From assembly GCF_009914755.1 (NCBI RefSeq), contig NC_060935.1: a DNA stretch of 64,000 nt; one strand, 5' to 3'. The notes below the pieces were generated by a model, which worked only from the letters and a program-made list of their open reading frames with translations, made no database searches and was not told where the DNA came from. Origin of the DNA: the human T2T-CHM13v2.0 reference genome, Homo sapiens. Shown here one piece after another: positions 60,501 to 64,000 of this stretch. Positions within the stretch are counted from its first letter, which is position 1, and each line of letters begins with the position of its first letter. Made by a program: the position numbers and the translations under genes.

Positions 60501-61460
60501 TCATTTTGTAAGCAGCAGACTGAGCATAGCCTTGCGGATTTGTTTTGTTTTTACACTGTCGATGATGGGGTTGAGCACAGGGGGTAAAAGCAGGTATACA
60601 TTAGCCATCACTGAATGGACTACTCTGGGGGCTGACCGACCATAGCGATACACCAAGGACAGGCTCAGCATGTGGATGTAGAAGAAAGCAACTGCTCCCA
60701 CATGGGAGACACAGGTGCTGAAGACCTTGTGCCATTCTTCAGGGGAGGCAATTCTGAGGACAGAGTGAATAATTAAGATATATGACAGGACAATGCATGG
60801 TGTATCTATTCCAGTGGTCAGGATGAGATCAATTAATCCACAGATGCTATTTGCCCGAATGTCTGAACATGCTAATTGAATCACATCTGGATGGTAACAA
60901 TAGGAGTGAGAAAGGGCATTCATTCTACAGAAATAGAGAGGCTTAAGGAGCAAAAGTAGTGGCAATATTAGTACTATAGCACGTGTAATCATCAGAAGAC
61001 CCATTTGAATGATTCTGGAATTAGTGAGAATGGTAGTGTACCTCAGAGGGTCACAGATGGCCACATAACGGTCAAAGGCTGTAGCCACCAGCACTCCAGA
61101 TTCCATAAAAGTGAATCCATGAAGAAAAAACATCTGGACAATGCAGCTATATAGACTGATTTCACGTGCCTCAAACCAGAGGATACCTAATGTTGTTGAC
61201 AATGAAGAAACAGTCAAGCCCAGATCAGTGGCTGATAGCCTGAAGAGGAAATAATACATGGGTTCATGGAGACTCTGCTGGGTAATGATGACAAACAGGA
61301 TCACGCTGTTCCCAGAGAGGGCAATGGCATAAAAACAACAGAAAGGAATGGAGATCCAGACATGGGCAGACTCTAGGCCAGGAATGCCGGTCAACAAGAA
61401 GGCTGGAAATTTAGATGTTGAGTTGCTTAGGATTTCCATGGTGTCCTGGTTTTGCAGCAT
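60501..61460 (-). CDS. OR51F1: Olfactory receptor 51F1 (319 aa from Met1; more probably 312 aa from Met8 at 61439)
   Basis: Uninterrupted 7TM class I OR ORF, MLQNQDTMEILSNSTSKFP...KQIRKAMLSLLLTK, recognised as human OR51F1. Motifs LHEPMYY, AFDRYVAICDPLRY, HSYCYHPD and STCVSH are present. Confidence 0.95.
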   Translation of the reverse strand: MLQNQDTMEILSNSTSKFPAFLLTGIPGLESAHVWISIPFCCFYAIALSGNSVILFVIITQQSLHEPMYYFLFRLSATDLGLTVSSLSTTLGILWFEAREISLYSCIVQMFFLHGFTFMESGVLVATAFDRYVAICDPLRYTTILTNSRIIQMGLLMITRAIVLILPLLLLLKPLYFCRMNALSHSYCYHPDVIQLACSDIRANSICGLIDLILTTGIDTPCIVLSYILIIHSVLRIASPEEWHKVFSTCVSHVGAVAFFYIHMLSLSLVYRYGRSAPRVVHSVMANVYLLLPPVLNPIIDSVKTKQIRKAMLSLLLTK

Positions 61461-62086
61461 TTGTCCTCACAATGCTTCCATCCTATAGAAGTGATACATT
61501 AAGTGTTATGTAAAATATTTAGATACATTTTCTTTTAGTTAGTAGAGTTATCCAAGGTCATAGATAAGATCTGCATCATTGAGAAACCTTTAAATTAAAT
61601 TATAATGTTCATCTACCACTCATAATCAGAAATAGTTCACAAAAATATGTTTTTGTACCATAAAATTCAAGGGAAATATGTCCATAAGATTTTATACATT
61701 TTCATGATAGTGTCCATTTACAGAATATATTAAGATGCATCATATTGTAAGATTATTTGAATAAAGACTTAGCTGAGAAAAAATAAGTATCCTCAATTTT
61801 GAATATTTTGTGAGTACAATGAATAATAGCCACTTAAAAATATCCATGGTTCTTCAGTGACCATAAGGGTATGAGTCTGCAGACACAGATCTCCAGATAT
61901 TTGCCAGGAATATAAAGTTATCAATGTATATTTATCATTTTCATCCAACACTATAGGTAAACAACTTCAGAGACTAGAATTATAAGAGAAAAACAATGAG
62001 GACAGAACTCTCCAGAAGACTGGAATGCACTATATACACTAAAGCAAGATGAGACTGGTTTTATGGGGACTATGAAAACCAAAAGA

Positions 62087-62454
<368 letters not shown>

Positions 62455-64000
62455 TTAAAAAATTCAAATGCAGCTGAGAGCCATTAGCGATCCCAGAAAA
62501 AACAGTGGAAAATTGAGAACCTGCTACAGTGTGGTAATGATGAAAGTATTAGCAGTGGAGGTACGGTTTATTTTAAGAAACTTGGCAGTGAAGGCAAGGG
62601 GAGAAGTAGGCCATGTCTAAAGAAGGGGTATCAGGTAGATGGAGAATTTTTGCAAGATGGGACAGAATTCGAGAAATTGATATGTTTATAAACGGAGGTT
62701 AAAAATGTAGCAGATAATGAGAAATTTAAAATATAGAATGTGAAGGATTTATTGATCTATAAAAGTCCTTAAGAAAGTAGTGGGTGATTAAGTGTAGAGC
62801 ATGAGTAACCTTCAAAAAAATGAGGACCATCATTTGCACTGACACTAGTAAGTGTCAAATATGTAAGTTTGTGGAGAGTTATATAAGGAAATTGTTACCT
62901 TTTTCTCTGTGAAGTATTTGGGGGTAATTTACTGCTGTTCAAAAGTGTAAAGTGATGGCTGCTGGCTTCCGGATACAGTAGACGTTTTCAGGAGACAGCG
63001 AATGAGAAGGGCAATTGGCTCAGTAAACAGAAATGCTATATCGCCTCTTTCAAGTAAAATTCCAAGAATAATTTTGTCAATTAATATATTTATATTGTTC
63101 AAATCAATTCTGGGGAGAATTAAATTAAATAATAGCAGTATTCATGAGTATAATGTTAGTATTTTTCAATCAAGTCTTTAAAAAATTAGATGTGTCAAAT
63201 TCATGAGAGTAAATATTCTGTAGCAAGGATACAAGTTACTGTTCCCTTTATGCTAGTATTCTGTGGTTTATTTTAAATCTCCAGTTGTCTGATTTTCAAT
63301 TCAATCTGAGAAACATTATGAAAATATTTAAGTATGAATTATTAGAGGTTGTATATCTACATGTTATGTGGATCGATGAGGACAGGGCAAACCCTCATGA
63401 TATCTGACTTTTCTATAAACCCATATGACTATTTGTGAATAGGTAACAAAGTAAAAGTCAACACGATAAATATATCTATCTCCCTTCTTACCAGCTTTAC
63501 GTGGAAAGAGGAACCTTCTCTGTCTTTGCTAGATGAGGAAGGATAGACTACAGTTCTGGAGCCATGGACTTTATAGTAAGGTAGAATTGAGCTGTGAGAT
63601 TATTTGTATGATTTATGTCTCTCTGCAGCCAAAGACAGAGCAAAAAAGAAACCACCCTCTCTCCCTATCTATAAAAATTAGAGGGCAGGAGTGTGTAATC
63701 CCAGAGGGTTTTAGTTACTAATCCAAGTAACCTGTGGTCCACAGGGACATTAAATGCAGAGGAAAATAAACCAAATTATGCATATAAATAGAAAATTTAC
63801 ACACTGTTCATAGCATTGGGGAATAGAGAGATGTACATCATTGTCTCTGGATTATAAGTGTACTGGCAAGATAGGAAAAGAAACCACTGTTCACTGGGAT
63901 CATTATGGTCACAATAAAGAGGGAAAACTTTACACCCAGTCTCTAGGCTCCTATGCCTACATTTCCACATTGAACCATAGGGAGAATGATAGATGTCCAT

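Overview
This is primate, almost certainly human, genomic DNA from the class I olfactory receptor (OR51 family) cluster at 11p15.4. It is AT-rich and repeat-rich. Five single-coding-exon OR51 paralogs lie tail-to-tail: two on + (1075-2019, 10121-11071) and three on - (27661-28609, 43538-44484, 60501-61460). Four carry visible stops or frameshifts; only the last, recognisable as OR51F1, is an uninterrupted ORF. A full-length processed keratin-8 pseudogene sits on - at about 13980-15728. A well-defined 72-nt + strand exon at 58792-58863 matches my recollection of a distal 5'UTR exon of MMP26, which would make the OR genes intronic to that transcript. The rest is Alu, L1, MaLR/ERVL LTR, MER5, MIR/L2 and microsatellite sequence. 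Pseudogene symbols come from recalled gene order, not a database search. I found no credible previously undescribed biological system. The best leads are (1) a near-intact OR pseudogene with one C-terminal stop, (2) an 'intact' OR51F1 that has lost several conserved GPCR/OR motif residues, (3) repeated lesions at homologous codons across paralogs, (4) a conserved splice-acceptor spacing that points to a different OR51F1 start codon, (5) an inverted L1 consistent with twin priming and (6) a perfect 43-bp tandem duplication.
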